From Malacoraja senta (lineage: Eukaryota): DNA of 64,000 bases. The position numbers and the translations under genes were made by a program. Shown here one piece after another: positions 13,957 through 26,538 of this stretch. Location: contig JAXLNO010005841.1 of assembly GCA_038087875.1 (NCBI GenBank), positions 1,302,001 through 1,366,000 on the forward strand. Direction: 5' to 3'. The stretch's first letter is position 1, and each line of letters begins with the position of its first letter. Under the pieces are notes generated by a model. That model saw only the letters and a program-made list of their open reading frames with translations, was not told the origin of the DNA and searched no databases.

Positions 13957-15090
13957 ATAGACAATAGACAATAGACAATAGACAATAGGTGCAGGAGTAG
14001 GCCATTCGACACTTCGAGCCAGCACCATATAACCATATAACCATATAACCATAACAGCACGGAAACAGGCCATCTCGGCCCTTCAAGTCCGTGCCGAACA
14101 TTTTAATTTTTTTATTTTTTATTTATTTTTTAATTAAAAATAAATACTTCCCCCTAGTCCCATCTACCTGCACTCAGACCATAACCCTCCATTCCTTTCC
14201 CGTCCATATACCCATCCAATCTATTTTTAAAGGATAACATCGAACCTGCCTCCACCACTTCCACTGGAAGCTCATTCCACACAGCTACCACTCTCTGAGT
14301 AAAGAAGTTCCCCCTAATGTTCCCCCTACACTTCTGTCCCTTAATTCTCAAGTCATGTCCCCTTGTTTGAATCTTCCCTACTCTCAATGGAAAAAGCTTA
14401 TCCACGTCCACTCTGTCTAACCCGCTCATAATTTTAAAGACCTCTATCAAGTCCCCTCTTAACCTTCTGCGCTCCAAAGAATAAAGACCTAACTTGTTCA
14501 ACCTTTCTCTGCAACTTAGTTGCTGAAACCCAGGCAACATTCTAGTAAATCTCCTCTGTACTCTCTCTATTTTGTTGACATCCTTCCTATAATTAGGCGA
14601 CCAAAATTGTACTCCATACTCCAGAATTGGCCTCACCAATGCCTTGTACAATTTTAACATTACATCCCAACTTCTATATTCAATGCTCTGATTTATAAAG
14701 GCCAGCACACCAAAAGCTTTCTTTACCACCCTATCTACATGAGAATGTGATCATGGCTGATCATCCCCAATCAGTACCCCGTTCCTGCCTCCTCCCCATA
14801 TCCCCTGACTCCGGTATTTTTAAGAGCCCTATCTAGCTCTCTCTTGAAAGCATCCAGAGACCCTGTCTCCACCGCCCTCTGAGGCAGAGAATTCCACAGA
14901 CTCGCAACTCTCTGTGAGAAAAAGTGTTTCCTCGTCTCCGTTCTAAATGGCTTACTCCTTATTCTTAAACTGTGGCCCCTGGTTCTGGACTCCCCCAACA
15001 TCGGGAACATGTTTCCTGCCTCTAGCAGGTCCAAACCCTTAACAATCTTATCTGTTTCAATGAGATACCCTCTCATTCTTCTAACACGTG
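13957..15090 (-). mobile_element. Two nested CR1 3' fragments (inner about 14027-14737)
   Basis: The outer (AGACAAT)n-tailed copy is interrupted just after its tail by an (AACCATAT)n-tailed copy and resumes at about 14745 (ATGTGATCATGGCTGATC). Confidence 0.85.
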
Positions 15091-16499
15091 AACTGCGAAT
15101 GTTGTTTGCTTCCAACCAGCTTTGCCTGGGTGTTCACAGATCCTTCCCCACACTCCATTATCATGCAATTATTATTTTCAAGATATATTTGAACTATGTG
15201 AAGATGGACGTAAAACGCTGGAGTAACTCCTCGGGTAAGACATCATCTCAGGCGAAAAGGAATAGGTGATGTATCGGGTCGAGACCCTTCTTCAGACTTC
15301 AACCACGTGGATTGAAAGGGGTTAGGGGATTTTGGGACAACTGTGATTGAGAGATTGGTGAGACTTGATTGTTTTCACGGTAACGCCGGGGGTTGCTGGA
15401 AGCTTAATTGAGATATATAAAATGTTAATGTACACATCGTTTTTGACAAAACAGTCAGAACCTCCATGCCAAGTTCGGAAAATCAAATACTAGATGGCAC
15501 AGTTTTTAATGTGAGTGTAAGTTTCAATCAAGTGTGTGGGGCAGGGCTTTTTACATAGAGGTTGGTGGGTGCCTGGACCACGCTGCCGGGGCGGTGGTTG
15601 AGGCAGATACCACAGTGGCGTTTAAAGACCTTTGCGTTGACAGATGGACATCTGAGGAAAGGAGGGATATGGATTATGTGCATGCAGAGGAGATTTTGCC
15701 TTGACAACATGTTAGGCACCGACATTGCGGGCCGAAAGGCCTGTTCTTGTACTGTACTGTTGTATGTTCTATTTTCTAACAATCTTAATTAATGCACAGC
15801 TTGTTTGAGGCGAATCCAGATTCACCTCCAGTTTAAATTCCATTTGGAATATTTTGGAGGACCAAGGAACCAAGAACCAAGAGATTCTCCAGGCTCGCGT
15901 TCTGGCTGCTCTGGGGGAAAACGATCATTCGTCAATTAGATGTTATGTATTTTAGGGATCAGCTTCATATTAAACTTTAAATAGGCAAAGCGCAGACGCG
16001 GCATGTTAACCGCAGGCTTTTCCCCATCTTGGATCTGAACCGTTGCGTCAGTTTCGGGGAGATCAAAGAGAGTTTGTGCGGGGCAGCTCAACATAATGCG
16101 GAACGGCTTTGATCTCATTGACCGGTGGGGCAGAAGCGATAAACTCCTGCTGTCCCTGAACACAGCAGCCAATCCGAATGTCTGAAATCAGTTCGCCCGG
16201 ATATTTATCGAATGTTCACAAGCCTGAATCTGTGACATAACCGAAGATGAAACATTATAAAGTCAGAGATGAAGAATGTTAACGGTTATTCTTGAATTAA
16301 TTCAAGGACGCAATTTGGTGGAATTTCAGACTTTTGTTTAGGGACATGTTTATGAAGGGAATTCAGGGGTATGACTTATGTGCAGGCATATAAAAGTTGG
16401 TCTTGGCATCGTGTTCAGCATAGTATCTTCTGTTCTATGTTCTCTGTTCAACCAAAGATGAAACATTTTGAAGTCAGAGGTGAAGAATGTAACGACATT

Positions 16500-16694
16500 T
16501 AGTTACATTTAGCAAATTGCGGGAAGTCAGTCTCCGCCCACATCGGTTTCCTGACCCCTCCTACTCATTACATTCCGGTGAATAAAGGCACCCGGCGGCT
16601 CCTGTTTGCACACACTTGAACCGGTGCGGCTCTCGGAGTTTGCAGAGCAGCGCGTAGTTGCGTAACAAGTTTGGGCGCTCGCTGATCCAGAGGA
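16500..16694 (+). promoter_or_regulatory. Putative IgL promoter with degenerate octamer-like and Ets motifs
   Basis: GTTTGCAC (16604-16611) and GTTTGCAG (16638-16645) each differ from ATTTGCAT at two positions; GGAAGT at 16522-16527; lies directly upstream of the leader. Confidence 0.4.
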
Positions 16695-16743
16695 ATGGCC
16701 CGAGCGTTGCACCTCATTTTGTCTCTGCTGCTGCTCCTACCAG
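16695..16743 (+). CDS. IGL: Ig light chain leader exon (MARALHLILSLLLLLP-G)
   Basis: ATG at 16695, hydrophobic signal peptide, phase-1 donor G|GTGAGG at 16744; the 147-nt intron ends TTGTTGAAG at 16890 and splices in frame to the V exon. Confidence 0.92.
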
Positions 16744-16890
16744 GTGAGGCTCCGGGTGGTTCACGGACTGATTACCGTAGCGACGTTTGTTAAATTCTCC
16801 ACCGTCACCAGTGTCCTGCGCGTATTTAGCGATTGTTGAGCCTTCCGTTGGTTCCAAGTCACCCTGTTGTCCAATTGTGTTTTGTTGAAG

Positions 16891-17250
16891 GTCTCTTGGC
16901 GGTTCCACTCCTGCTTCAGAGTCCAACGTCCGACCCTGTCTCCGCGGGGCAGACCGCCCGCTTAGAGTGTCGGGTGCAGAACTTAAACGCTGGAAGTTAC
17001 GGCGGGCAGTGGTACCGACAGCGTCTCGTGGGGACACCGGAGTTGGTGCTAGTACATTGGGCTGATGGTAGCATTAGTAGAGGGACCGGTGTCACTGACC
17101 GATTCGTACCTGCCAGAGATACCTCCGCCAACAGTTATATCCTGACCATCGACAGGCTGGAGCCCAGAGACGCCGCCGTCTATTACTGTGCCGTGAAAGG
17201 AACAGATGCGGTATATTACTTCGGCGGGGGGACCATCCTGGATATAAAGA
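16891..17250 (+). CDS. IGL: Germline-joined V-J exon of an Ig light chain, type I / sigma-cart (sigma-2) class
   Basis: Open frame with LEC, WYRQ, DAAVYYC and FGGGT(ILDIK) contiguous in genomic DNA, and phase-1 donor A|GTAAGT at 17251. SDPVSAG, RGTG.TDRF and RDTS.NS.ILTI match recalled horn shark/skate type I V regions. Confidence 0.95.
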
Positions 17251-17619
17251 GTAAGTGTCCCTCGTTCAGTTTCCATCAATTCCTATTACGGTCGCTCTAA
17301 TTCCCCTGCACCGGATACATCCCCAGTCCGGGAACGCCGGTCTCGCGAGAGATCATTCTGTCTCAGCTCGGCGCGGGAGGCCATTCTGCCCATAGCGTTG
17401 GCTCCATCCGTCAGCTTCAAGCACCGTTTGTGCGCGGTGCACTCCAGGATGTGCATTTATTCTGGTGGCAATTTACATTGGGCCAATTAACTTACAAACC
17501 CGCACTTATTTGGGATGTTAGTGGAAACCATGGCGCGCAGAGAAAAAAACACGCGGTCATTAGTAGAACGTGAAAACCGCAAACCTAATTAGGATCGAGA
17601 TTAAGATCGAATTAGGGTC

Positions 17620-17915
17620 GATATTTATTCTAGTTTAGTTCAGAGAGATTGAGCAGAAAGAGGCCCTTCGACTCAGCGATCACCCCAACACTAGCACTAT
17701 CCTATACACTGGGGACAATTTTCATTTTTAACCACAGCCAAATAACCCACGCACCTGAATGCCTTTGGAGAGTGAGAGGAAATGTGAGCAGCCGGTGAAT
17801 ACCCACGTGGTCACAGGGAGAGCGTGCAAATTCCGCACTTAAAGCACCCGTGGTCAGGATCGAACCCGGGTCTCTGGCCCTGTAAGGCAGCAACTCAGTG
17901 CACCTCTGTGCCACC
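17620..17915 (-). mobile_element. HE1-type tRNA-derived SINE in the J-C intron
   Basis: Antisense B-box (GGATCGAACCC on +), conserved central core and CR1-like tail. Related copies at about 12455-12755(-), 13120-13270(-), 44176-44480(+), 50580-50822(-) and 59620-59925(+). Confidence 0.8.
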
Positions 17916-18423
17916 AGTTCAGGCAGCGGAGTCCCAGACCGATCGACTTTCCCTCTCACTTTACCGGCTCAGCTCCGGTCCAATCTCCCACCACCTCCCC
18001 ACATCATTCTGCGCAAGGGTGCGGTCGGGAGAATATTCCCGCCTGCGGTGAAAGGTAGTGAAAAGCGCGGTGATTCCTGCATCGTAAAACAAGTCGCAGT
18101 TTTCAAAAATGAAAGGTGTCAATGCGGGTATTCAAGTAAGCGAATCTGCAGACATTGTGAGCGTGAGTGAGTGTGCAGCGGGCGGGTCAAACAGAGAGTG
18201 CAGCACGAACGAACTGCGGGTCAAGTGCAGCATGGTGCGGCCTCGGGGTTTAATCCGGTCAGTCGGTTGCTGGTCTCTCCACCGCTCATCGGCTCACGCG
18301 GCCGTGCCGTGACCCGCAGCTCCCCTTGCCTCACTGCACCGGGAGTGTTCGATATCCCCGGAGCCTCTCCCGTACATGGACTTCCCAAAGCGCCATCCCG
18401 CTACCAGCACATTAAAGTGGATC

Positions 18424-18690
18424 GGCACTGTGGCGCAACGGTAGAGATTCTGCCTCGCAGCGTAAGAGACCCTGGTTCGATCCTAATCTCGGGCATTAGG
18501 TTTGCGTTTGTACGTTGTGCTAGTGACCGCGTGGGTTTTCTCTGCGTGCCATGGTTTCCTCCCACATCCCAAACGAGTGCGGGTGTTGTAGGTTAATTGG
18601 CCCTCTGTAAATTGCCGCTAGTGTGTAGGGAGTGGGAAAACGTAGAACTAGAGTGAGCGGGTGATTAACGGTCGGGGTGGACGCGGTTAA
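18424..18690 (+). mobile_element. HE1-type SINE in the J-C intron
   Basis: A box TGGCGCAACGG and B box GGTTCGATCC, followed by the family core. Confidence 0.8.
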
Positions 18691-19083
18691 AAAAGTAACA
18701 TTCACAAATTCACGGTCAAACGAATTCCAGAGCATGAAGATTGTTGAACTCTGCAATGATGTCACCTGGTCAGGATAAACCGTTGAGCGGTGCCAGGTGG
18801 GGGGACGGGGACCGATGTCAGGGTGATGTGACTGAGTAAGTGGGGCTGGCGCTCTCGGCCTGACAGGGCATTAGAGGTTGGCAGAAAGGCGGCAACTGAG
18901 ATTAATCTGGACCAGTCTATACGACTTGGACTTGATGGGCTGATTGGCCGCATCCCGCGCCCCAAATTTCACCACGTCTGATTCGCCGACGGTCGGTGCT
19001 AATTTCTGTTGCCGAATTGTTTCGCGTTGGGGTCAGAGTGTGGCGGTCTCCATCAACTAACAATGCCTCCTTTCCCCACACAG

Positions 19084-19412
19084 GTAGCGAGTCCCGGAAG
19101 CCCTCGCTTCTCCTACTCCCTCCCTCGCCGGAGGAAACCTGCTCGGGCATGGCCACTCTCAGCTGCCTGGTGAGCAGCTTTAAGCCGGGCTTGGTGGCTT
19201 TGCGCTGGGCTGTGGACGGCGTGGAGACGGAGAGCGGGGTGACGACAGGCGCCGTATCCCCGGACGCCGAGCAGACGTACAGGTTGAGCAGTTACCTGCG
19301 GGTCCCCGCCGCCGCCTGGAAAAGGGGCTCGAGCTATTCCTGCAGCGTGAGCCACAGCTCGCTGAGCTCGCCTCTGCGCCACACTGTCTCGGCGTCAGCC
19401 TGCCCACACTGA
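19084..19412 (+). CDS. IGL: Ig light chain constant exon (type I / sigma-cart-like)
   Basis: Acceptor TTTCCCCACACAG ends 19083. C1-set motifs ATLSCLV, W and YSCSVSH, terminal SAC before TGA. RKPS.LLLPPS...ESGVTTG.VS.D...SSYLRVPA.AW matches recalled shark type I CL. The spliced ORF is 49+360+329=738 nt (245 aa). Confidence 0.95.
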
Positions 19413-19714
19413 CGCCGCACCATCGGCAGCGCCTGTCTATTAGCTACCCCTGTTTAACGCTGTGAGACGCTCACTGGGTCTGCGGCCGCTTTGTGCAATG
19501 TAGCCTGTAGCAACTTACGCTTCTGGCAACAACCCGAATATGTCATTATCTCAGAGATGAGCTCGATGATTGTCCGCCTTGCACGCCGCGAAATTCTCTA
19601 TTCCCTATTTGTCCCTTGTGCCCCCTGTCCAACTCCCGCTGCGTGTATAATGGGGGTAGATACCCCTACAGACTGCGACCGTGCTGTGATTGGATCTAGT
19701 GTAACACAGTTCTC

Positions 19715-19720
19715 AATAAA
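19715..19720 (+). terminator. Polyadenylation signal of the IgL gene
   Basis: AATAAA about 300 nt after the C-exon stop codon. Confidence 0.6.
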
Positions 19721-20311
19721 GAACAAAAAACGCGATGTGTCTCCAGTGGTTTGTTTTTACTCGGGTCCTCACAATACATTGAGGGCATTGGCGCGCATAA
19801 TGGGGGGGGGGGGGGTCAGTAGCAGCCTTACATTTTACTTTTATGCATCTACGTTACTTTTTTGCATCGTTCATTCATTTGTTCTATATCTGTATATCAC
19901 CGTCTATATCTCTCGTTTCCACTTCTCCCGACTCAGTTTGAATCGGGGTCTCGACCCGAAATGTCACCTAAGCCTTTTCTCCAGAGATGTTGTCTGACGC
20001 GCATAGTTACTCCAGCCTTTTGTGTCTGTTTTACTCAAACGGCCCATTCCGTCCCCATGATCAATACCGATATATTGTCCCACACGGACCTCGTCTCTAA
20101 CCCCTTGCCATTAACCGGTCTCTCAATTCTGCGTTGCGTCTACCCTTCCTCCATAGCAACCCAACAAGTTTATCCTGTTCCCCCCCTTTCCATCCATTTC
20201 TATCCTTCCACCCCTACTTGTCGGAGCCAGATCCACAATCTCGGCGCTCTTTGCTCAAATTCGAACTTCCAGATCGGAAGTATACTTTTCAAGTCAACTT
20301 TCTGCTATTCC

Positions 20312-21447
20312 CTATTATGGATTACATTCAAATAATGTTTTTAGATACTTACAACTTAAAGATTATGTTAAATCACATACACAAGAATACAGAACTAGAG
20401 AACCAGAGATTCTAGATGAATGTTTGAATAAACACCCTAATACGGTTAAATTAATATCTTACATTTATAATACTCTTTTCGACAGTGATATTCTGTCGAC
20501 GGAATTATATAGAGTAGCATGGGAAAAGGAATTAGCCCAACCCATAACAAAATATAGTTGGGATGAAAGTCTACAACATATACATCAATGCTCATTAAAT
20601 ACCAGACATTCTTTAATACAATTTAAAGTACTACATAGACTACATTATTCTAAAACAAAATTAGAAATGTTGATTAAATTAGAAATTAGAAGATTAAATA
20701 GAATCTTTCCTAATATCTTTCCTGTCTGTGATAAAGCCAATACTCGGCGGCTAATTTAACCCATACTTTTGTAAATTGTATAAAATTAAAAATTACTGGA
20801 TGGATATTTTTAAAATAATTTCTGAAGTTGTTAATACTCAACTGGATCCCGATCCTAAATTAATAATGTTGGGCATATCAGAATAATACCTAAAACTTAC
20901 AACAAACCAAAGAAATTTCCTTGTATAATAATTGGGAAAAAAATAATATTAAACTTTTGAAAAAATCCTGCAACCCCCACAATTAAGATGTGGATTATGG
21001 AGATGTCGGAGACCTTACATTTGGAAAAAATTAGATATGTCTTAATTGACAAACCAGAATTATTTACTAAAATATGGTCTCCATTTATAGATTATTTGAA
21101 GGGGTAGACTGGGCCGGCGCGGAGGCCTGACTGAAACCTGAACCCAGGACTAGATGAATAGTTATGTTTTCTGACCTACGGACCTATCTCCTAAGTTGTA
21201 TTATTGGTAGTTTATCTTATTTTTCTAATTTCTTCTCTTTATTTCTATATTTTTCTTATCTATAAACATAAATAATTAATTAGAGGTAATTTTAATATGT
21301 TACCGATAAAGGAGGACTCCAGCTACTTTGGTAACTGGGTCCCCGGAACCCTGGATACTTAATATGTAATCGTTAAACAAAGTTTGTATTGTTTTGGACT
21401 ATGATACGCAGATACCTCTAATAAAAATTTAAATTTAAAAAAAAACG
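20312..21447 (+). mobile_element. 5'-truncated L1-clade LINE (ORF2 3' end, 3'UTR, poly-A)
   Basis: IQFKVLHRLHYS zf-RVT-like motif, AATAAA and an A-tail; flanked by the 12-bp TSD TTCTGCTATTCC (20300-20311 and 21448-21459). Confidence 0.9.
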
Positions 21448-24400
21448 TTCTGCTATTCCTGGCTTTCCCTGCATCAAGGTGTCTTGTTTTTATCTGAATC
21501 CACCTACACAATACGTTCCAAGTTTTAACAGGTCTTCGTCCTATCACTTTTAACACGTTGGGGGTGAGGACATGACAACACGGAGCTGATCTCATCCGCT
21601 CTGCTCCATCAAGTCAGCTCCACCCGGTCCGCTCCATCGTGTCAGGGGGAAGGGGGGGGGGGCATGTTGACGTAGCAAACAGAAGTCGGAGACGATCCTT
21701 GGGCTCCGTGCATTTATTGCACCATTCCATCTGATCGTGGTTAACCTTTCATCGCAGTGCCGATTTCCCCATTTGAACTCCCAACCAATAAATAGACGGA
21801 AAAACACAAAATGACGGAGTATCTCAGCGGGTGAAGCAGAATCCATTGAGAATACGGGTAGGAGGCAATCCGGTTCTGGACACTTCTTCAGATTTGGCTC
21901 AGTCCTGAAACGGCACCTCCTTGTCCTCCAGGTACGCTGTCCGACACGTTGCAGGTCCTCCAGCACGTTTTGTCCTTCCTTGCTAACCCAGCATCTGCAG
22001 TTGCTTATTTGCTGGTGCGGTTATAAATGCACCAAGTTCTCAGAACTCAGTAAGTGTGACGCTATCTTTGGGAAGCTACCTGCACTCGCCAATGAGGACT
22101 GAGTGCGTGAACACAAAAGTACACACAAGTTTATCACTGGGTTGTGAGTGGCCCTGTTAAGGTAGGACTTTACCATGAATACATGATAATTTACTGATCG
22201 TTTCACTAATTGGGCACACTTGCCTGTAGAGGTGAATTAAAACTATAAACACTCACGAAGAATTCAGTAAGATTCCACACAAAACATCGTTAGGTGAAAT
22301 GAATGCCAATGGGATTGGGTGAAGCCATTACATTGGGGTTGAGGATTACTGACAAGGTGGGAGCTGGTGATTGGGTGTAAAAATAAGGAATAGCAGGAAG
22401 CCTAGTGTAAGGCAGCACACCGATCTTGTATGTGCAGTAAGTCTCGATGAATGATTAGATGGGTATAAATTAAAACATGGAGATGGTCTTGTGGGTTGAA
22501 TAGGGGATTGCAACCGGAGAGAGAGCGTATTCCACAGGGATCAGTCATCGAATAATAGAGAGGTACACCACGGAAACAGGCCCTTCAACTCACCTTGTCC
22601 ATGCGAAACAAGTTGGCATGCCGGGTAAATCATATTTGCCGACATTTGGTCCATAGTCCTCTCGAATATCTGTCCAAATGCGCAAAACTGTCGGGGAGTG
22701 CGCAGTAATCCGGGTTACATCCGTTTCCCCATCTAAATTAGGGCGCAGTTCGGGCATGGGGAAGTCTGCATGAACGTTTCCCAATCAATTGCACAGAATG
22801 TCGGTAATATGGAGGCATGCGCGTAGTTGGCGTTGGGAAATGGCGGTAATGCGGTGATGGTGTGAGATTACGCCGAGAGTTTAGGTGATGGACATCTCCC
22901 AAGTTACTCATGTGGTCAGTGATCCGCCTCTCACAATATATGTGCCTCCTGGAACGTTAGAGCATTCAAAACTAACCCCGGCTAGAAAATGAGAACGAAG
23001 CGACAGGGAGACTACATTACGCCCTCGGCTGGTTACTTGGAGGTATTAAGTGATAATATTTTTGATGTCCTTTTAATATTCGTTGAAATTTCAAGGTCAT
23101 TCAAATGCGTCCGAACATATTTAAAATCAAGAAAGAAATTAAAAAAAATAATGAACTGAAAGAACAATCAATTCGAAAACAATTTTGCGAAAACTTACAT
23201 AAATGATAAAACTTCCAAAACAACTGTACATACCTTGAACATTAGAGTTAACACGATAATCGGGGATTTTGAAACGCGTCTGAAGAAGGGTCACCGATTC
23301 GTGTTCTCCAGACATGCTGCCTGAGACACCGAGTTACTCCAGCACTTTCTGTCCTTTTATTTAATTTAATACATTGGTAATATATATTTTCTTAACTCAT
23401 AAGAAAATTGAAATGACCATCACTGCCTGACGCTCGTTTAGACGTGTGCAATTATTCAAAGCAAGAGCGACTTGCACATTTTCCGAACAAACAATTTTCC
23501 GACGAGTTCACAAAGTTAGTGTTTGTCATTTATTCCACGTTCCCATGTTCTGGCTACTGGGACCCAGTATAATGTGGGCAGATTTATTGATGATACAAAG
23601 CTAGATACCTTACCAAAAGCCGAAATGACAGATAGTTGGATCAATTGAATAGACAAGACAGCGGTTATTGTGAGAAGATAAAATAATGATCAGCAAATTA
23701 TTATGTCACTGGAGTGGGATAAGAAAATGTAGTGCAAAGAGATCTGCGGCGCAAAGTGTGAAGGATGGGGACAGTGTAAAAGAGAACCCGTAAATTGGGA
23801 CGTGAATGGTCTGTTGGCCTCCATTGCAAATTATATGGAGTACAAAGGGGAGGAATATTCAAAGCAAATTTGCAAGGCTCTTGTGCCTGGAGTTTTGGCC
23901 TCAAAATGAATGGATATATTCACTAGGTTGACTCTTGGCTTGACGGGAATGACGTAGGAATAGCGGTTGACCAGGGTGGGTCTACGCATGCTCTCAGTTA
24001 ACTGAATATATGATGTGCCACACTTACGGGTTCTCCGGCCTTAGCCTGCACACTACGGACTAATATTTTGTTGTGTCCATATAAACGATGTCGGAATTCT
24101 GGAACTGTTTACCTCACCAACCGGCCTTTTCTTTATACTCCGCACGTACATACACACACATGCAAATCCCCACAAGGCACAAATCGGGAAAAACGTTAAC
24201 AATCTGAGAGCGGATTGTGCTGCAGATGGTGAATACCAGCGACAGATTTATGGTGATAGATGGTCAGACGAGAGGGAAAGGAACTGAAGGGGAAGGTGAT
24301 AGGGAGAAGGGGAGGGGTGAGAAATGTCTGCCGTGGATGGGAAGTACTGTCGGGAGCAAAAGAGCCGGAGGCACGTCTGCGCTCCAGAGTTTTGCTCTTC

Positions 24401-26538
24401 TATGGTAGGAGTTTTCTGAGTTCTTACCAGCTTTGGGACAATTGAATAGAGAGGTGTAGTACCTCGTGCTAGTGAAGGTAAGAACAGGAAGATAGGTGAA
24501 ATAAATGTGTGGCAGAGGAGTTGGTGCAGGGGGCAGAGATTTAAGTATCGGGACCATTGTGATCTCTTCTGGAGCAAGGGTGACCTGTGCAAAAGGGACG
24601 GGTGGCACCATACCTGGGCGGGTACTAACATCCAGGCGGGCAGGTATGCTAATGCTACAAGGGACGGGCTAAACTAGATTGCCAGGGGGTGTGGTTTCAT
24701 ATAGGACAGAGAAAGGTGAGGTTAGAAGTTGGTATGGAGGGTGGTGAGAGAAAGGTTAGTGGACAGAATAGGCAAGTGAAAGGCGTAGAGCGAGAAAGGA
24801 TGGTTGGATCAAGCTGCGCGTATTTTAATGCAAGGGGCCTGACGGGGAAGGTAGATTAGCTTGGGCCATGCATAGATACGACAGACTGAGACGTTGTAGC
24901 CATTATTGAAACCTGATTATGGGGGGGGCTAGGACTGGCAGCTCAATGTTCCTGGATACAAGAGCTTCGGGAGAGACAGGGGTGAGGGTAAACTAGGAGG
25001 GGGGTTGCATTGTTGGTAAAAGAGGATGTCACGGCAGTAGTTAGAGAAGACATTGCGGACGGTTCATTTAGTGAGGGTACATGGGTGGAGCTATGGAACA
25101 AGAAATAGATGATCACCTTGTTCGGGGGTGTACTACAGATCCCCGAATAATCAACCGGAATTAGAAGAGCAAAAACAGGAACATTTTGAATTTGGGGATA
25201 AACCACACAAACTTTTGGCCCGACAACTGAAAAAACGGGAAAAAGATCATCCGATTTTAAAGATTAAATCAGACAAAGGGAAATTGTTAACACTACCTAA
25301 GGATATTAATAAAAGATTCGCTAAATTTTATCAACATTTATACACATCTAAAGCGTTAGCAGATAGTACCAACGTTATAGAGTTTCTGGATAATTGTAAT
25401 CCCCCAAAACTCAATTTGATCGAACAAGAGGAATTAGGTGCACAAATCTCAACTAAGGAAATAGAAGAAACAATAAATACATTAAAGAATGGAAAAACAC
25501 CAGGACCAGATGGTTTTAGTAATGAATTTTATAAAAGATTCTACGAGATAATTACACCACGGCTACATAAAATGTATACATATGCTTTTAAAGAACATAC
25601 ACTTCCAGAAGCACTAGCGGAATCAACGATTACACTTATACCTAAAAAAGGTAAAGATTTAGAAGACCTGGGTTCTTATAGAGCTATTGCGCTGTTAAAT
25701 ACAGATCAAAAAATATTAGCTAAAACATTAGCTAGAAGATTAAGTAATTATGTTAGTAAATTAATAAATCCGGATCAAACGGGGTTTATACCCAAGAGAT
25801 ACTCATGCAATAATCTGAGACGTCTGTTTAATATAATGCATTCATATAAAACCGAAGAACAAGACTTATCAAATATTTCACTGGACGCAGAAAAAGCATT
25901 CGATCAAGTGGAATGGGATTACCTTGTCAAAGTATTGCAAAAAATTCAAATAGGAGAGAATTTTATCGCTTGGGTAAAATTATTATATGATAGGCCTACT
26001 GCCAGAATATTAACTCATAATATTTTGTCCCGGAAATTTCAATTATCAAGGGGAAATAGACAGGGATGTTCACTATCACCTCTGCTATTTGCTCTTCTAA
26101 TAGAAGCGTTAGCAGAAAGTAAGTGAATACATCCGAACATCCATGGTTATAATACAAAATATTCAAATAATAAAATATCATTATACGCAGATGATGTACT
26201 ACTATATATCACAAAATCACAAATCAGTATACCAAATATATTAAATTTAATAGAGGAATTTTGATCCTTTTCAGGATGTAGAATAAATTGGAATAAAGGC
26301 GAAATTATGACGATAAAACCGCAAGACCCAACACACCTGTTAAAATTCCCTTTTAAAATCGCTTCAGAAAAATGTAAATATTTGGGAATTGAAATTACTA
26401 GAAAATATAAATCTTTATTTAATGCAAACTATATGCCCTTACTCAATAAACTAAACATACTGATTACATTCTGGAAAACTCTCCCGATGTCTCTTATAGG
26501 CCGAATAAATGCTATAAAAATTATCTTTTTACCACAAA

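Noticed and set aside
16833-16890. In-frame upstream extension of the V ORF (MLSLPLVP...)
   Set aside because: This is leader-V intron sequence; the true start is the leader exon at 16695.
18424-18495. tRNA gene or CRISPR-like array anywhere in the window
   Set aside because: The A/B boxes belong to SINE heads that continue into the SINE core. The tandem arrays have no unique spacers, and the DNA is eukaryotic.
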